DNA of 64,000 nucleotides from an uncultured Pirellulales bacterium (GCA_964594065.1 CAZQKX010000002.1:39909-103908); one strand, 5' to 3'. Counted from the stretch's first letter, positions 19,304 through 28,663 are shown. Made by a program: numbers and translations. The notes: generated from the letters alone by a model not told the origin.

Positions 19304-19866
19304 TGGATATAATCTTTCAACAACACTTTCAGTTTTATGCGTGCCTGGTACACATGCCATCGTGCCGCTTCGGGCGTGCAGCCCAGCACCTCGGCCACTT
19401 CTTTATGCGACAATTCTTCAATTCCAAAAAGCCCGATCGCCCGGGTTTGCGTTTTTGTCAGCTTGCCCATCGCCGATCGTATGGCCGACTGAAGTTCCTT
19501 CGTATCGATGACATTGTCATGATGATTCGACGGTGCCCGATCGGCGGCTCTTTGAAACAGTTGCTTTCTTCTTACAGCGGATCGTTGGCGGTCGATGGCA
19601 GCATTGATAATGATCCGAAGCAGCCAGGGGCCGAATTTTTCCGGGGTCTTCAGTTTTTTAATTTTCAAATACGCCGTAACGAATCCATCCTGTACGGCTT
19701 CGTCCGCTTCGTCCGCATCGGCCAGGATTCTTGTCGCCGTTTTCATCGCACAGACCTGATACCGCTTGACGAGTGAATCGAACGCACCTCTGTCACCCAC
19801 CTGGCTTTGTTTAACCAGGTCCGGGATCGTATCCTCAAGGTTGATCGTATCTAAGGCCTTATTCAC
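19300..19866 (-). CDS. RNA polymerase sigma-70 factor, ECF subfamily
   Basis: Region 2 (FDSLVKRYQVCAMKTATRIL...DAVQDGFVTAY) and a region 4 HTH (ELSHKEVAEVLGCTPEAARWHVYQARIKL). GTG start with a GAGGA Shine-Dalgarno sequence. Confidence 0.85.
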   Translation of the reverse strand: MNKALDTINLEDTIPDLVKQSQVGDRGAFDSLVKRYQVCAMKTATRILADADEADEAVQDGFVTAYLKIKKLKTPEKFGPWLLRIIINAAIDRQRSAVRRKQLFQRAADRAPSNHHDNVIDTKELQSAIRSAMGKLTKTQTRAIGLFGIEELSHKEVAEVLGCTPEAARWHVYQARIKLKVLLKDYIQ

Positions 19867-19887
19867 TATTGAATCCTCACGTCTAAT

Positions 19888-19913
19888 GACGATCCGTTTG
19901 CCGAAAATGTTAG
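19888..19913 (-). promoter_or_regulatory. Possible ECF-type autoregulated promoter (CTAAC-N17-CGTC on the minus strand)
   Basis: The reverse complement reads CTAAC (19913-19909), a 17-nt spacer, then CGTC (19891-19888), about 22 nt upstream of the GTG start. This is a pattern match only. Confidence 0.25.
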
Positions 19914-20102
19914 TGAAAATCCGACAAATTTTCGCTGAGGGCTCCGCCTGAAACCATTTACCTCTTTCATATCAAGGGGTTATGTCAATTACTCTTTTTT
20001 TTGACACAATAATATTTTACAGGACAATTGCAGGGAAAACAACGATGAAAACCCGTCACGAACAGGCGGGGGACTTCGAATCCGGAAGATGATACTTTAC
20101 AG

Positions 20103-21197
20103 TTATTTGATTTCGTTTAGGAGTTTAAGGCAATATCTGTCAGTCATACCTGATAAGTAATCGCAGACGGTGCGTTGGAGGGTTTGTGTTTCTATCATTT
20201 TTTGGTAATAATGCGGCATTTTTTCGGGGTGCTCACAGAGGTTGGCGAACAGGGTATCCAGCCAGTTTTTTGCTTTCTCTGAGGTTTCTTTCAGATTAGG
20301 GTGCATGTACATCTTCCGCATCAAAAAGCGTTCAGTTTCGTGCAGGGCAATGTCGGCGGGTTGACTGATGTCGATCAGCACTGCGGGATGCTCAAATACC
20401 TGCTGCAGCGACTGGATATTCGCCTGGTCCAGATTGTTTCGGCTGGTGTTGATCGCATCGCTGACGAGAATATCCATGACCGATTTTGACAGGCGGGTTC
20501 GGCGGATGACATAGTCGTCGATCGTGTCGATGTTGATCTTTTCGGCGGCCTGTTTGTACAGGTCCAGATCGTTGAGCTGGCCCTCATTGATCAGCCGCGA
20601 CCGCAAGCCGTCTTCGAGGTCGTGGCAGTTATAGGCGATGCGATCGGCGATGTCGGCGATCTGTCCTTCCAGTGACGGGCGGGCGGGCCAGTCGGCATCG
20701 GCTTCGGGCTTGTCGTACGGACTGGTATGCTTGGCCAGCCCAAGGCGCGTCTCGAACATCAGGTTCAGTCCCTGAAAGTTTGGGTAGGGGTGCTCGATAA
20801 AGTCAACGATGCGCAGAGCCTGTCGATTGTGTTCAAATCCGCCGCAATCCTGCATGAGTTCGTTGAGGATCATCTCTCCGTTGTGGCCGAACGGGGCGTG
20901 CCCGAGGTCGTGTGCCAGACAGATGGCCTCGATGAGACTTTCGTTAAGATTCAGTGCACGTGCGATCGTGCGTCCAATCTGTGCGACTTCGATGCTGTGT
21001 GTCAACCGGGTTCTGTAATGGTCGTTGAGGCCCGTGGTAAAGACCTGCGTCTTGCCTTCGAGCCGGCGAAACGCGGCACAATGGATCACCCGGTCTCGGT
21101 CCCGTTCAAAACTGCAGCGGTAAGGGTGGGATTGTTCGTCGAACCGGCGGCCGCGGCTGGTGTTCTCGGTAACGGCATATGCAGGTGCGTTCGGCAT
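20103..21197 (-). CDS. dGTP triphosphohydrolase-like HD-domain protein
   Basis: FRRLEGKTQVF, THSIEVAQIGRTIA, HDLGHAPFGH and a C-terminal DYLSGMTDRY. Confidence 0.88.
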   Translation of the reverse strand: MPNAPAYAVTENTSRGRRFDEQSHPYRCSFERDRDRVIHCAAFRRLEGKTQVFTTGLNDHYRTRLTHSIEVAQIGRTIARALNLNESLIEAICLAHDLGHAPFGHNGEMILNELMQDCGGFEHNRQALRIVDFIEHPYPNFQGLNLMFETRLGLAKHTSPYDKPEADADWPARPSLEGQIADIADRIAYNCHDLEDGLRSRLINEGQLNDLDLYKQAAEKINIDTIDDYVIRRTRLSKSVMDILVSDAINTSRNNLDQANIQSLQQVFEHPAVLIDISQPADIALHETERFLMRKMYMHPNLKETSEKAKNWLDTLFANLCEHPEKMPHYYQKMIETQTLQRTVCDYLSGMTDRYCLKLLNEIK

Positions 21198-21198
21198 G

Positions 21199-21708
21199 TT
21201 ACGGCCCGGGCAGTGTTTCGGTTTTGCTAATCTCGGTCAGCTTATCGTATAATTCGTACAGGCTCTGGCTGATGACATCGGTGTCACTGCAAACGTGCAT
21301 ATAGTTCGTATCACCGTTCCAGCGGGGAACAACATGGATATGTACATGGTCCGGCAGACCGGCACCGGCGCAGCGTCCGAAATTCATGCCGACGTTAAAG
21401 CCGTGCGGAGCGATCGCCAGAGACAGCACTTTTTGGCAATCCCGCACCAGTTTCATCATGCAAAGCATCTCGGCATCAGAAGCATCCTCGAAGCTTGCGA
21501 TGTGACGATTCGGGGCGATCAGCAGATGCCCATTGTTATAGGGGAACTTGTTAAAGACGACAAATGCATGCTCGGTACGCCACAGAACAAGATTGTCTTT
21601 GTCCTTATCGGCGGTTGCCAGATAATCGCAGAGGAAACATCCATCCGTTTGGGCCAGTCCCTGAATGTATTTGATTCGCCACGGAGCCCAGAGATTTTTT
21701 CGTTCCAC
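21199..21708 (-). CDS. HIT-family nucleotide hydrolase/transferase
   Basis: Histidine triad HVHIHVVPR and NKFPYNNGHLLIAPNRH. Its stop lies 1 nt from the dGTPase-like start. Confidence 0.85.
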   Translation of the reverse strand: MERKNLWAPWRIKYIQGLAQTDGCFLCDYLATADKDKDNLVLWRTEHAFVVFNKFPYNNGHLLIAPNRHIASFEDASDAEMLCMMKLVRDCQKVLSLAIAPHGFNVGMNFGRCAGAGLPDHVHIHVVPRWNGDTNYMHVCSDTDVISQSLYELYDKLTEISKTETLPGP

Positions 21709-21725
21709 TGGATGAGCCTCCGAAA

Positions 21726-22712
21726 TCAGGGATTTTTGATTCGTTCAACAGAAATCTTTTGATTGACGGTCAGCACCGGCAACGAATCACCCAGGGGCAG
21801 CATGAAAGAGGCGTTGACGTCCATGGTGTATTGCTGGGTATCGGTTTCAATGAGACCGTCGTTGACGTTGAAGATCTGCTGACCGCTGCCGTCCAGCGAA
21901 ATGAACTTGTAGTTTCTCAGAAAACCCATCAGGCCGCGCATCTGGAAAGTCCCTTCATACGGCCGGGGATATTCAGAACTGGGTACATCTTCACCGAGGG
22001 CATAAGTGCTCGTAATGACGGCCTTGGACTGCTGCGAATCATCGGTGATAAATGAATCCAGTGTGTAGGTTGTGATGCGTGCCGGTAGGTTGGGGATCGC
22101 CGCCGGCCAGGGGACCCATTGTTTGACCTGCCAGGTTTTGCCCGGTTCCATGCTTTCCAGCGGTTCTGTGATTGTCGATGTCGAATCCCATAGGTGCCAC
22201 TGCATGGCAATGAAATCACTGATCATGTCGGGGTTTTTGATCCGTCCGGACTGCTTGTCTGTCTTGGCAAATGATTTATTGCCGAGTTGACGGACGATAC
22301 GCTCCAGGTCGGCATAATCGGCGACCTCTCCGGTCGGTGAAAGCTGAAAAGTGAAAGTTTGTCCGGCCAGTGATTCCATCGCATCGGCCGCACTTCGCCG
22401 GCCGCTTAATGATGAACGCGTCACTTTGGCGGATTTACAGGCGGCACTGATGCTGGTCAACCCAAAAGGATCGACCTCTGTCGGGGTGTATGTGATGACC
22501 ACTTCCAGCTTTTCAGACATGGTTTGCGGCTTAGATTTTTTGCCTGAAGAACCACTGGTCAGATCGATCTTGGTCGTTCGTTCCGAGACCATCCGATAGG
22601 TCATGGGGACATCTTTTTGAAAGTTAACCAGCAGCCAGTTTTGCTGTTGCTGACAGCCGATGAATAACATGCAGACACAGATGATCGACAGATAAAAACA
22701 CCGGCTTTTCAC
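21726..22712 (-). CDS. Hypothetical lipoprotein (paralog of 22751-23704)
   Basis: Lipobox LFIGC. It shares blocks with its neighbour: NFQKDVPMTYRMVSE/NFSPEDSTSYKSVSE, GQTFTFQLSPTGEV/GQSYQIQIAPNGTV and GKTWQV/GKSWNQV. Confidence 0.75.
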   Translation of the reverse strand: MKSRCFYLSIICVCMLFIGCQQQQNWLLVNFQKDVPMTYRMVSERTTKIDLTSGSSGKKSKPQTMSEKLEVVITYTPTEVDPFGLTSISAACKSAKVTRSSLSGRRSAADAMESLAGQTFTFQLSPTGEVADYADLERIVRQLGNKSFAKTDKQSGRIKNPDMISDFIAMQWHLWDSTSTITEPLESMEPGKTWQVKQWVPWPAAIPNLPARITTYTLDSFITDDSQQSKAVITSTYALGEDVPSSEYPRPYEGTFQMRGLMGFLRNYKFISLDGSGQQIFNVNDGLIETDTQQYTMDVNASFMLPLGDSLPVLTVNQKISVERIKNP

Positions 22713-22750
22713 GTCAAACCCCTTTATGCAAAAAACATCCTTGTGTTTGT

Positions 22751-23704
22751 TTAGTCCAGCTTTACGAGTTTGACCTTGTGGGTAAACTGCATGGTCAGGG
22801 TGTCAGGGCCTTTGGCCGGATCGCCTTTCTCCGGCATTTCCTGTGCCAGATAGGTGCTGACGAGCGTTTCTTCCGAGCTCAGGACTGTTCCTGTGTCTGT
22901 GTCGATAACCATGGAGCCTGTATAATCGTCTTCATTGTCAAACATCTTGGCAAACATACCCATGCCGGTTCCAGAGGAGCCTTTGACCGGTTCGGCATCT
23001 TCGGCGGCGACCATCTCGACCGTGGCGACACCGCCGCTGACTTTTGACAGCGTATAGGTTTTTTTATATGACTTGGGTGCCAGCAGCCCCGGGGGAGAGG
23101 GGATAACCTGATTCCATGATTTGCCTGCTTTCAGTTTCGGCACGGTGTCTTTTGGCAGCGCTGCGACTTCATGCCGCTGGACAATGTTTACCTCATCAAG
23201 AATGTTTTTGATGATCTTTTTTTCATAACTTGCTGTCACGGCAGAAGCGGCTTGTTCCGCTTCCAGTACCTTAACGGTGCCATTGGGAGCGATCTGGATC
23301 TGATAGCTTTGTCCCAGCAGTTTTCCCATCGGGCCTGCCTTATCTTTGCTGCTGTCAAACGAAAAACGGTTTTCGTTCTTATTGATGATATTGATCGCCA
23401 AACTGTCGATCGTGATCTTTGCGGTTGCGTTCCCTTCGGCATCGACGCTCTGGATCGTTTGTGTAAAGTCCATCTCGACGGTGGTTTTTGTTTGTTCTTC
23501 GCGGAGTTTGTCAAGATTGGGTTGCTCGAAACGGAAATCCTTGACGATTTCCGAAACGGATTTATATGATGTACTGTCTTCCGGAGAGAAGTTCAGACTC
23601 AGAGATGTGCTGGAACCACATCCGGAAACAATAATTGCCAAAACGATAGTCAATCCTGTCAAAGTTACAAATACCTTACGCGACATCTTACTCTCCTTTG
23701 CCAA
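22751..23704 (-). CDS. Hypothetical lipoprotein (paralog of 21726-22712)
   Basis: Lipobox IVSGC after a hydrophobic signal; see the paralog blocks above. The start could be M1 or M7. Confidence 0.75.
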   Translation of the reverse strand: MAKESKMSRKVFVTLTGLTIVLAIIVSGCGSSTSLSLNFSPEDSTSYKSVSEIVKDFRFEQPNLDKLREEQTKTTVEMDFTQTIQSVDAEGNATAKITIDSLAINIINKNENRFSFDSSKDKAGPMGKLLGQSYQIQIAPNGTVKVLEAEQAASAVTASYEKKIIKNILDEVNIVQRHEVAALPKDTVPKLKAGKSWNQVIPSPPGLLAPKSYKKTYTLSKVSGGVATVEMVAAEDAEPVKGSSGTGMGMFAKMFDNEDDYTGSMVIDTDTGTVLSSEETLVSTYLAQEMPEKGDPAKGPDTLTMQFTHKVKLVKLD

Positions 23705-23973
23705 AAAGGTTCTCCGGTTTTATTTAACTAATTCCTTATAAAGAGATTATAGTCAGGAAAAAATATATTTACAACAGGAAATATGCCCGTTAACAAAAAA
23801 AAAGGCACTTTTTGGATTTTACGGTTAATTATTCACAGAAATGAGGCCATGACGGTACTGTTGGCGCTAAAATCCGAATTTGAGGTTTGTAGAGGACTTC
23901 GTATTCGATATAATCAAGGCTTTGCGAAATGAATGGAACAAGGCTGGTTGACGGTCTCGCGAATTTTTAGGAG

Positions 23974-25650
23974 ATGATTATGAGAAGTGACACGGTAAAA
24001 CAGGGATTTCAACGGGCCCCTCACCGCGGACTGCTGCGAGCGTGCGGGCTTAAATCAGGCGATATGAACAAGCCCTTTATTGCGGTTTGCAACAGCTATT
24101 GTGATGTGGTTGCCGGCCATGTGCACCTGCACGAGGTGGCCAAGGTTGTCAAAAAGGCGATCCGTGATGCCGGCGGCGTCCCGTTCGAGTTCAATACGAT
24201 CGCGGTCTGCGACGGGGTTGCGATGGGACATACGGGGATGAAGTATTCGCTGGCTTCACGTGAGATCATTGCTGACTCGGTTGAGACGATGATGCGGGCT
24301 CATCAGTTTGACGGTATGATCTGTATCCCGAACTGTGACAAGATCGTTCCGGGGATGCTGATGGCGAGTATGCGGCTGAATATCCCGTCGCTGTTTGTCT
24401 CGGGCGGGCCGATGGCCGCGGGTAAAACCAAAGATGGCAAAGTCACGGACCTGATTTCGATCTTTGAGGGCGTTGCGAAATACAACGCCGGCAGAATCTC
24501 GGAAGAGGATCTGGCTGAACTGGAATGTTCGGGGTGCCCGACACAGGGCAGTTGTTCGGGAATGTTTACGGCCAACAGCATGAATTGTTTGTGTGAGGCG
24601 ATCGGGATGGCGCTGCCGGGCAATGGTTCGATCCTGGCGGCAGACCCGAAACGGCTGGATCTGTACGCACAGGCGGGGCGGCGAATTGTTGAAGTGGTTG
24701 TCGAGGACCTGAAGCCGCTGGATATTGTCAATAAAAAGTCGATCGATAACGCATTTATTTTGGATATGGCGATGGGCGGTTCGACGAATACGGTACTGCA
24801 TACACTGGCGATCGCCAATGAGGCGGGTGTGGATTATGGTCTGGATCGCATCAATGAAATCAGCGCCAAGTGTCCGAACATCTGCAAAGTTTCGCCGTCG
24901 AGTGCATGGCACATGGAAGATGTGGATGCCGCCGGCGGGATCAGTGCGATCTTAGCCGAGATTAATAAGGTGGACGGTCTGCTGAATACTGACTGTATGA
25001 CGGTTTCGGGTGTGACGCTGGGCCAGCGCATTAAAGGCGCGGAAACAAAGAATCCCGAATGTATCCATCCGGTCGAAGATGCCTATTCAAAAACCGGCGG
25101 GCTGTCGATCCTTCATGGCAACCTGGCTCCAAATGGCTGTGTTGTTAAGACGGCCGGCGTCGATAAGTCGATGCTGCTGCATTATGGTCCGGCGGTTATT
25201 TTCGAGAGTCAGGAAGAAGCCTGCGACGGCATTCTCGGCGGCAAGGTCAAGGCCGGCGATGTGGTTATTATTCGTTACGAAGGCCCTAAGGGCGGCCCCG
25301 GAATGCAGGAAATGCTGTCGCCGACCAGCTATATCATGGGCGCCGGGTTGGGCGAATCAGTGGCATTGATCACGGATGGTCGTTTTTCCGGCGGCACGCG
25401 CGGGGCATGCATCGGCCATGTCAGCCCCGAAGCGGCGGTCGGCGGACCGATCGGTCTGGTCAAGGAAGGTGACATCATCGAGATCGATATTCCAAATAAA
25501 AAAATTGATGTAAAACTTAGCGAGGCCGAACTGGCCGCACGCAAGAAAGAGTGGGAACCGCGCACGCCGAGTATTACTGATGGTTACCTGGCCAAGTATG
25601 CCAGCATGGCCACAAGTGCCGACACGGGCGCGATTTTGAAATGGGATTAA
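23974..25650 (+). CDS. ilvD: Dihydroxy-acid dehydratase
   Basis: [41 protein letters not shown] and DGRFSGGT motifs; 558 aa. Confidence 0.95.
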   Translation: MIMRSDTVKQGFQRAPHRGLLRACGLKSGDMNKPFIAVCNSYCDVVAGHVHLHEVAKVVKKAIRDAGGVPFEFNTIAVCDGVAMGHTGMKYSLASREIIADSVETMMRAHQFDGMICIPNCDKIVPGMLMASMRLNIPSLFVSGGPMAAGKTKDGKVTDLISIFEGVAKYNAGRISEEDLAELECSGCPTQGSCSGMFTANSMNCLCEAIGMALPGNGSILAADPKRLDLYAQAGRRIVEVVVEDLKPLDIVNKKSIDNAFILDMAMGGSTNTVLHTLAIANEAGVDYGLDRINEISAKCPNICKVSPSSAWHMEDVDAAGGISAILAEINKVDGLLNTDCMTVSGVTLGQRIKGAETKNPECIHPVEDAYSKTGGLSILHGNLAPNGCVVKTAGVDKSMLLHYGPAVIFESQEEACDGILGGKVKAGDVVIIRYEGPKGGPGMQEMLSPTSYIMGAGLGESVALITDGRFSGGTRGACIGHVSPEAAVGGPIGLVKEGDIIEIDIPNKKIDVKLSEAELAARKKEWEPRTPSITDGYLAKYASMATSADTGAILKWD

Positions 25651-25657
25651 AATAAAA

Positions 25658-25690
25658 GCGCGGCGACGTAAGTCGCCCGATGATTTTTCG
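25658..25690 (+). terminator. Rho-independent terminator candidate after ilvD
   Basis: GGCGAC-gtaa-GTCGCC (25662-25677), followed a few nt later by TTTTT (25685-25689). Confidence 0.55.
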
Positions 25691-25793
25691 ACAGGATTAA
25701 CGGGATTAACAGGAAAAAGAATGGGAAACGGGAATTGGTACGTTTTGCTGTTGGGTCGGTTGTGCCTGCTCTCGCTTTCAAGGAGAACAAAAA

Positions 25794-26633
25794 ATGCCAA
25801 ACGGTAGGGGCACACCAAGTTGTATGGAGTGTAAATATGCCAATTTTCATTGGGAGCCTCCACATGGACTACCCGCTGATGCTAGGTGTAAATTATGGAA
25901 AGTGCAACTGCCAATGGTAGAAAAACTTGATGATAATTTAGAGTATTTGCTTCCGTCGGAGGAATACGAATATGATAATTTGATATGTAAAGATTACGAA
26001 TGCAAAAATGGAGAAGTTGGCAGGTTGTTACCTGAAGTTGTTTCTCACTTGGAGAAAGGCCTTTTGTATGCTATTGGGTATAACGAAATTTCCATTCCAT
26101 CAGCTTATCACCGTGTTGTATGCAGCTTAAGTAAATCACATGAAAGCATTCCTTTAGAAGAAGGAATAAAATCGGAATATTGGCTTGAAGAAAATGTGGA
26201 AGAGCTTGTAGGCAGACGATTGCTTGTGTCTAATGCTTTTTCTGATCTTCAATGTGGAAGCGTTGTTCGCAATGCTCTATTCAAATTCTTTTATGCTAAT
26301 TTTATCAGGGAAGACGCTAATACATCCCCTTTTTCAATGGGTAGAAAAGTAGGAAAATATCCTTTTCATATTCGTCTGTTGCAATTTTGGGATTACCAAG
26401 GAAAACGTTATGGTGGTATTGCAAAAATTGAAGAACAAAAGCTTTGGTGTAATAATTTTTGGGCCATTTTTTCTATATATCGAGCAGGTAATTATAACTT
26501 TACTGATAAAATTGGACAATTTAGCATTCATATAGGCCCAGAGGAGCCTGTCTTTTGGAATGGGATATGGCCGAGATTTGAAAAAGGTTCTCCGCGTTTT
26601 TCTGGAGTTGTAGAAATAAAAGCTGATGCATAG
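25794..26633 (+). CDS. Orphan hypothetical protein, AT-rich, Cys-containing N-terminus
   Basis: 279-aa ORF with a strong AAGGAG Shine-Dalgarno sequence upstream of the ATG. The N-terminus is SCMECKY...ARCKLW. A hand count gives 17/60 G+C at 26401-26460, versus 39/60 in ilvD at 24001-24060. Confidence 0.65.
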   Translation: MPNGRGTPSCMECKYANFHWEPPHGLPADARCKLWKVQLPMVEKLDDNLEYLLPSEEYEYDNLICKDYECKNGEVGRLLPEVVSHLEKGLLYAIGYNEISIPSAYHRVVCSLSKSHESIPLEEGIKSEYWLEENVEELVGRRLLVSNAFSDLQCGSVVRNALFKFFYANFIREDANTSPFSMGRKVGKYPFHIRLLQFWDYQGKRYGGIAKIEEQKLWCNNFWAIFSIYRAGNYNFTDKIGQFSIHIGPEEPVFWNGIWPRFEKGSPRFSGVVEIKADA

Positions 26634-26659
26634 CAAGAAATGAAATTTAGGATGTTAAT

Positions 26660-27094
26660 GTGACTAAAAGTTGGTATTCATGTGGGTTGAATTTTGAGTG
26701 TATCGGCTGCGGGAATTGCTGTGCGGGGCCGGATGAGGGGTATATCTGGATCTCTAAGCATGAGATCGAGCTACTTGCCAGGCATTTGGGGATCAGCGTC
26801 GAGGCGGCTAAGCAAAAGTATCTCAAACGCTACGGCCTGCGCTACAGTATCAAAGAAGACCGCTCAACTAAAGACTGTATATTCCTGACGGGTGAAAAGA
26901 ATGGCTGCCGGGGGTGTGCGATCTATCCGGTTCGGCCGAATCAATGCCGGACGTGGCCGTTCTGGGACAGCAATCTAAGCGATCCCGATACGTGGAACTA
27001 TGCAGCAGTGCGCTGCCCGGGTATTAACAGGGGCAAGTTCTACTCGTTTGAGGAAATTGAAGCAATTCGAACACAGCGGTCTTGGTGGAAATAA
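26660..27094 (+). CDS. YkgJ-family cysteine-cluster protein (CxxCxxCC)
   Basis: ECIGCGNCC, then CIFL..., then CAIYPVRPNQCRTWPFW; 144 aa, GTG start. Confidence 0.8.
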   Translation: MTKSWYSCGLNFECIGCGNCCAGPDEGYIWISKHEIELLARHLGISVEAAKQKYLKRYGLRYSIKEDRSTKDCIFLTGEKNGCRGCAIYPVRPNQCRTWPFWDSNLSDPDTWNYAAVRCPGINRGKFYSFEEIEAIRTQRSWWK

Positions 27095-27095
27095 A

Positions 27096-27168
27096 ACCAT
27101 GAAGACCGTGAAGAACATGAAGTTTTTTATATTATTTTTTTCTTCAATTTCTTCATGAGCTTCATGGT
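27096..27168. repeat. CATGAAG-type palindromic repeat element, copy 1
   Basis: ACCATGAAGACCGTGAAGAACATGAAG, a 19-nt AT loop, then CTTCAATTTCTTCATGAGCTTCATGGT. A second copy lies at 46275-46344, with arms 23/27 and 22/27 identical by hand alignment. Confidence 0.8.
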
Positions 27169-27178
27169 AAAATATAAT

Positions 27179-27604
27179 ATGGAAAAAGACTCTCAAATAA
27201 TCCAGGAAGTTAGCGAAATTTACACATGGATTGACGGTCAGCTTGCCGGGATCGATCGATCCTGCAAAGCGTGCGGTCAGTGCTGTGATTTTGAGGCGTT
27301 TGGGCATCGGCTGTATGTGACAACGCCGGAGTTGATGTTTTTTAAGCAATTCGTCGGCGGCGAGATAAGGGAAATGACGGCCGGTGTCTGTCCCTATCGG
27401 ATTGACGGAAAATGCAGCGTGTATCTCTATCGATTTTCCGGCTGTAGAATATTCGCCTGTGAAGGCGATAGCGAAGAGGAAAACCTGCTCAGCGAGCAAA
27501 CCGTCCATAAATTCAAAACACTGTGCGTCCGCCATGGTATCCCGTATCACTATGTGTATCTAAAATCCGCACTGGATTTACTGCGTCAAGGAGATATTAG
27601 ATAA
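27179..27604 (+). CDS. YkgJ-family cysteine-cluster protein, second paralog
   Basis: CKACGQCCDFE, then CPY..., then CSVYLYRFSGCRIFAC. The track start at 27155 lies inside the palindromic repeat arm, so I prefer the ATG at 27179 (MEKDSQ). Confidence 0.75.
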   Translation: MEKDSQIIQEVSEIYTWIDGQLAGIDRSCKACGQCCDFEAFGHRLYVTTPELMFFKQFVGGEIREMTAGVCPYRIDGKCSVYLYRFSGCRIFACEGDSEEENLLSEQTVHKFKTLCVRHGIPYHYVYLKSALDLLRQGDIR

Positions 27605-27621
27605 CCGGCTAGGTAATGTAG

Positions 27622-27690
27622 ATTCCCGCCTGCGCGGGAATGACACTTGTCACCGGTGCTTCCTTTGTCACCCCCGCGCAGGCGGGGGTC
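27622..27690. repeat. Inverted pair of REP-like elements (CCCGCCTGCGCGGG core, TGACA flank)
   Basis: ATTCCCGCCTGCGCGGGAATGACA lies at 27622-27645. The reverse-oriented GTCACCCCCGCGCAGGCGGGGGTC lies at 27667-27690. The pair sits between convergent ykgJ-2 and ftsQ. Confidence 0.8.
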
Positions 27691-27742
27691 TAGCGGTACC
27701 AACTGCGCTCGAGATGACATTTTTTTGCGGGATACCAGTGTG

Positions 27743-28663
27743 CTACAATTGTCGCAGTTCGATGTATTTGGCGGTTCCCTGCAGGGTGTTGTTGTTATCA
27801 ATGAAAAATTGATACAGATCGACCAGCTTTTCTTCCTCATCCTGTTCAAGGTACCGCCCAGCCTGTCCGTATGCCGCTCCCCAGAAAACCCTTGTTGTTT
27901 TGTCGGTCACATTCAGAAAAAGGTGCGGAGATGAATTGCTTTTTCGGGCGGCAAAATTAGACACATCGATACTTTGGATTTCATCCAGCAGCGGTTTTTG
28001 GATGAGTTCTTTCTGTTGATAAGCCAGGTCCGTAAAATATAACAAATTCAGCAATTCCACCCCGGCACGGGCATCTTCGGCGGCCCAGCGGTTGCCCGGT
28101 GTCGGTATCGACCGGACAGAAGCGATTCCCTTGATCTCGATGGTCGGGATTGCTGTAACGGGGATATAATCCATGACAACCATTTCCGCGTCCAGATAGT
28201 ATTTTCGGCTTCCGCCAAGATTGATAAGGCCGACCGGTCTTCGATAATCGGCATGCACGATGATTTTTTCCGGAGTCGTTTCGACACGGATATGATTCAT
28301 CCAGGACAATGTTTGCAGTTTTTGCGCGATGGCTTTTGCCGAGTTGTCATCGAGCAGAAAGGGCCCTTTTCCCGTGATCCCCTGGACCTTTTTCTTCCAG
28401 TCTTCATTGACCCAGATGTCCGGCTTGGCCAGAACCAGTGATCCGTAAGATTTTTCTGTGGAGGTGTTGGCTTTAATATAGCGATCCATATAGAGCAGCG
28501 CGACGGCGGTGCCTGCGACCAGAAGGGCTGCCGCGATAATCCCAATTGTGATCTTCATGTTGACGGCCATCGAAGGCTGACTTTTTTTAGACCGCCGCCC
28601 TTTCTTCTTTTTTGAAAAGAAGCTGAATAATCCATCGCCTTTTTTTGTTTTTCGTTTAGCCAT
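27743..28663 (-). CDS. ftsQ: Cell division protein FtsQ/DivIB-like (basic N-terminus, one TM helix, POTRA-like domain)
   Basis: It sits directly after ddl. It has a Lys/Arg-rich N-terminus and a TM helix (ITIGIIAAALLVAGTAVALLY). A POTRA-like segment reads AIAQKLQTLSWMNHIRVETTPEKIIVHADYRRPVGLI. Confidence 0.65.
   Translation of the reverse strand: MAKRKTKKGDGLFSFFSKKKKGRRSKKSQPSMAVNMKITIGIIAAALLVAGTAVALLYMDRYIKANTSTEKSYGSLVLAKPDIWVNEDWKKKVQGITGKGPFLLDDNSAKAIAQKLQTLSWMNHIRVETTPEKIIVHADYRRPVGLINLGGSRKYYLDAEMVVMDYIPVTAIPTIEIKGIASVRSIPTPGNRWAAEDARAGVELLNLLYFTDLAYQQKELIQKPLLDEIQSIDVSNFAARKSNSSPHLFLNVTDKTTRVFWGAAYGQAGRYLEQDEEEKLVDLYQFFIDNNNTLQGTAKYIELRQL

Noticed and set aside
20030-20102. tRNA-like T-loop string CTTCGAATCC upstream of the dGTPase-like gene end.
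   Set aside because: The flanks cannot form a T-stem (GGGGA versus TCCGG). I could fold no acceptor or anticodon arms. I found no tRNA anywhere in the window.
20103-21708. dGTPase-like plus HIT genes as a possible dNTP-depletion anti-phage defence system.
   Set aside because: The composition is normal, the context is housekeeping, and no mobility genes or other defence genes are nearby. The dGTPase-like protein looks like the widespread housekeeping type. Nothing in the sequence supports a defence role.
27586-27849. 87-aa ORF across the ykgJ-2/ftsQ spacer.
   Set aside because: Its sequence (..CHSRAGGNL..) is the translation of the REP-like palindromes, and it overlaps the ftsQ 3' end. It is a repeat-derived artefact.
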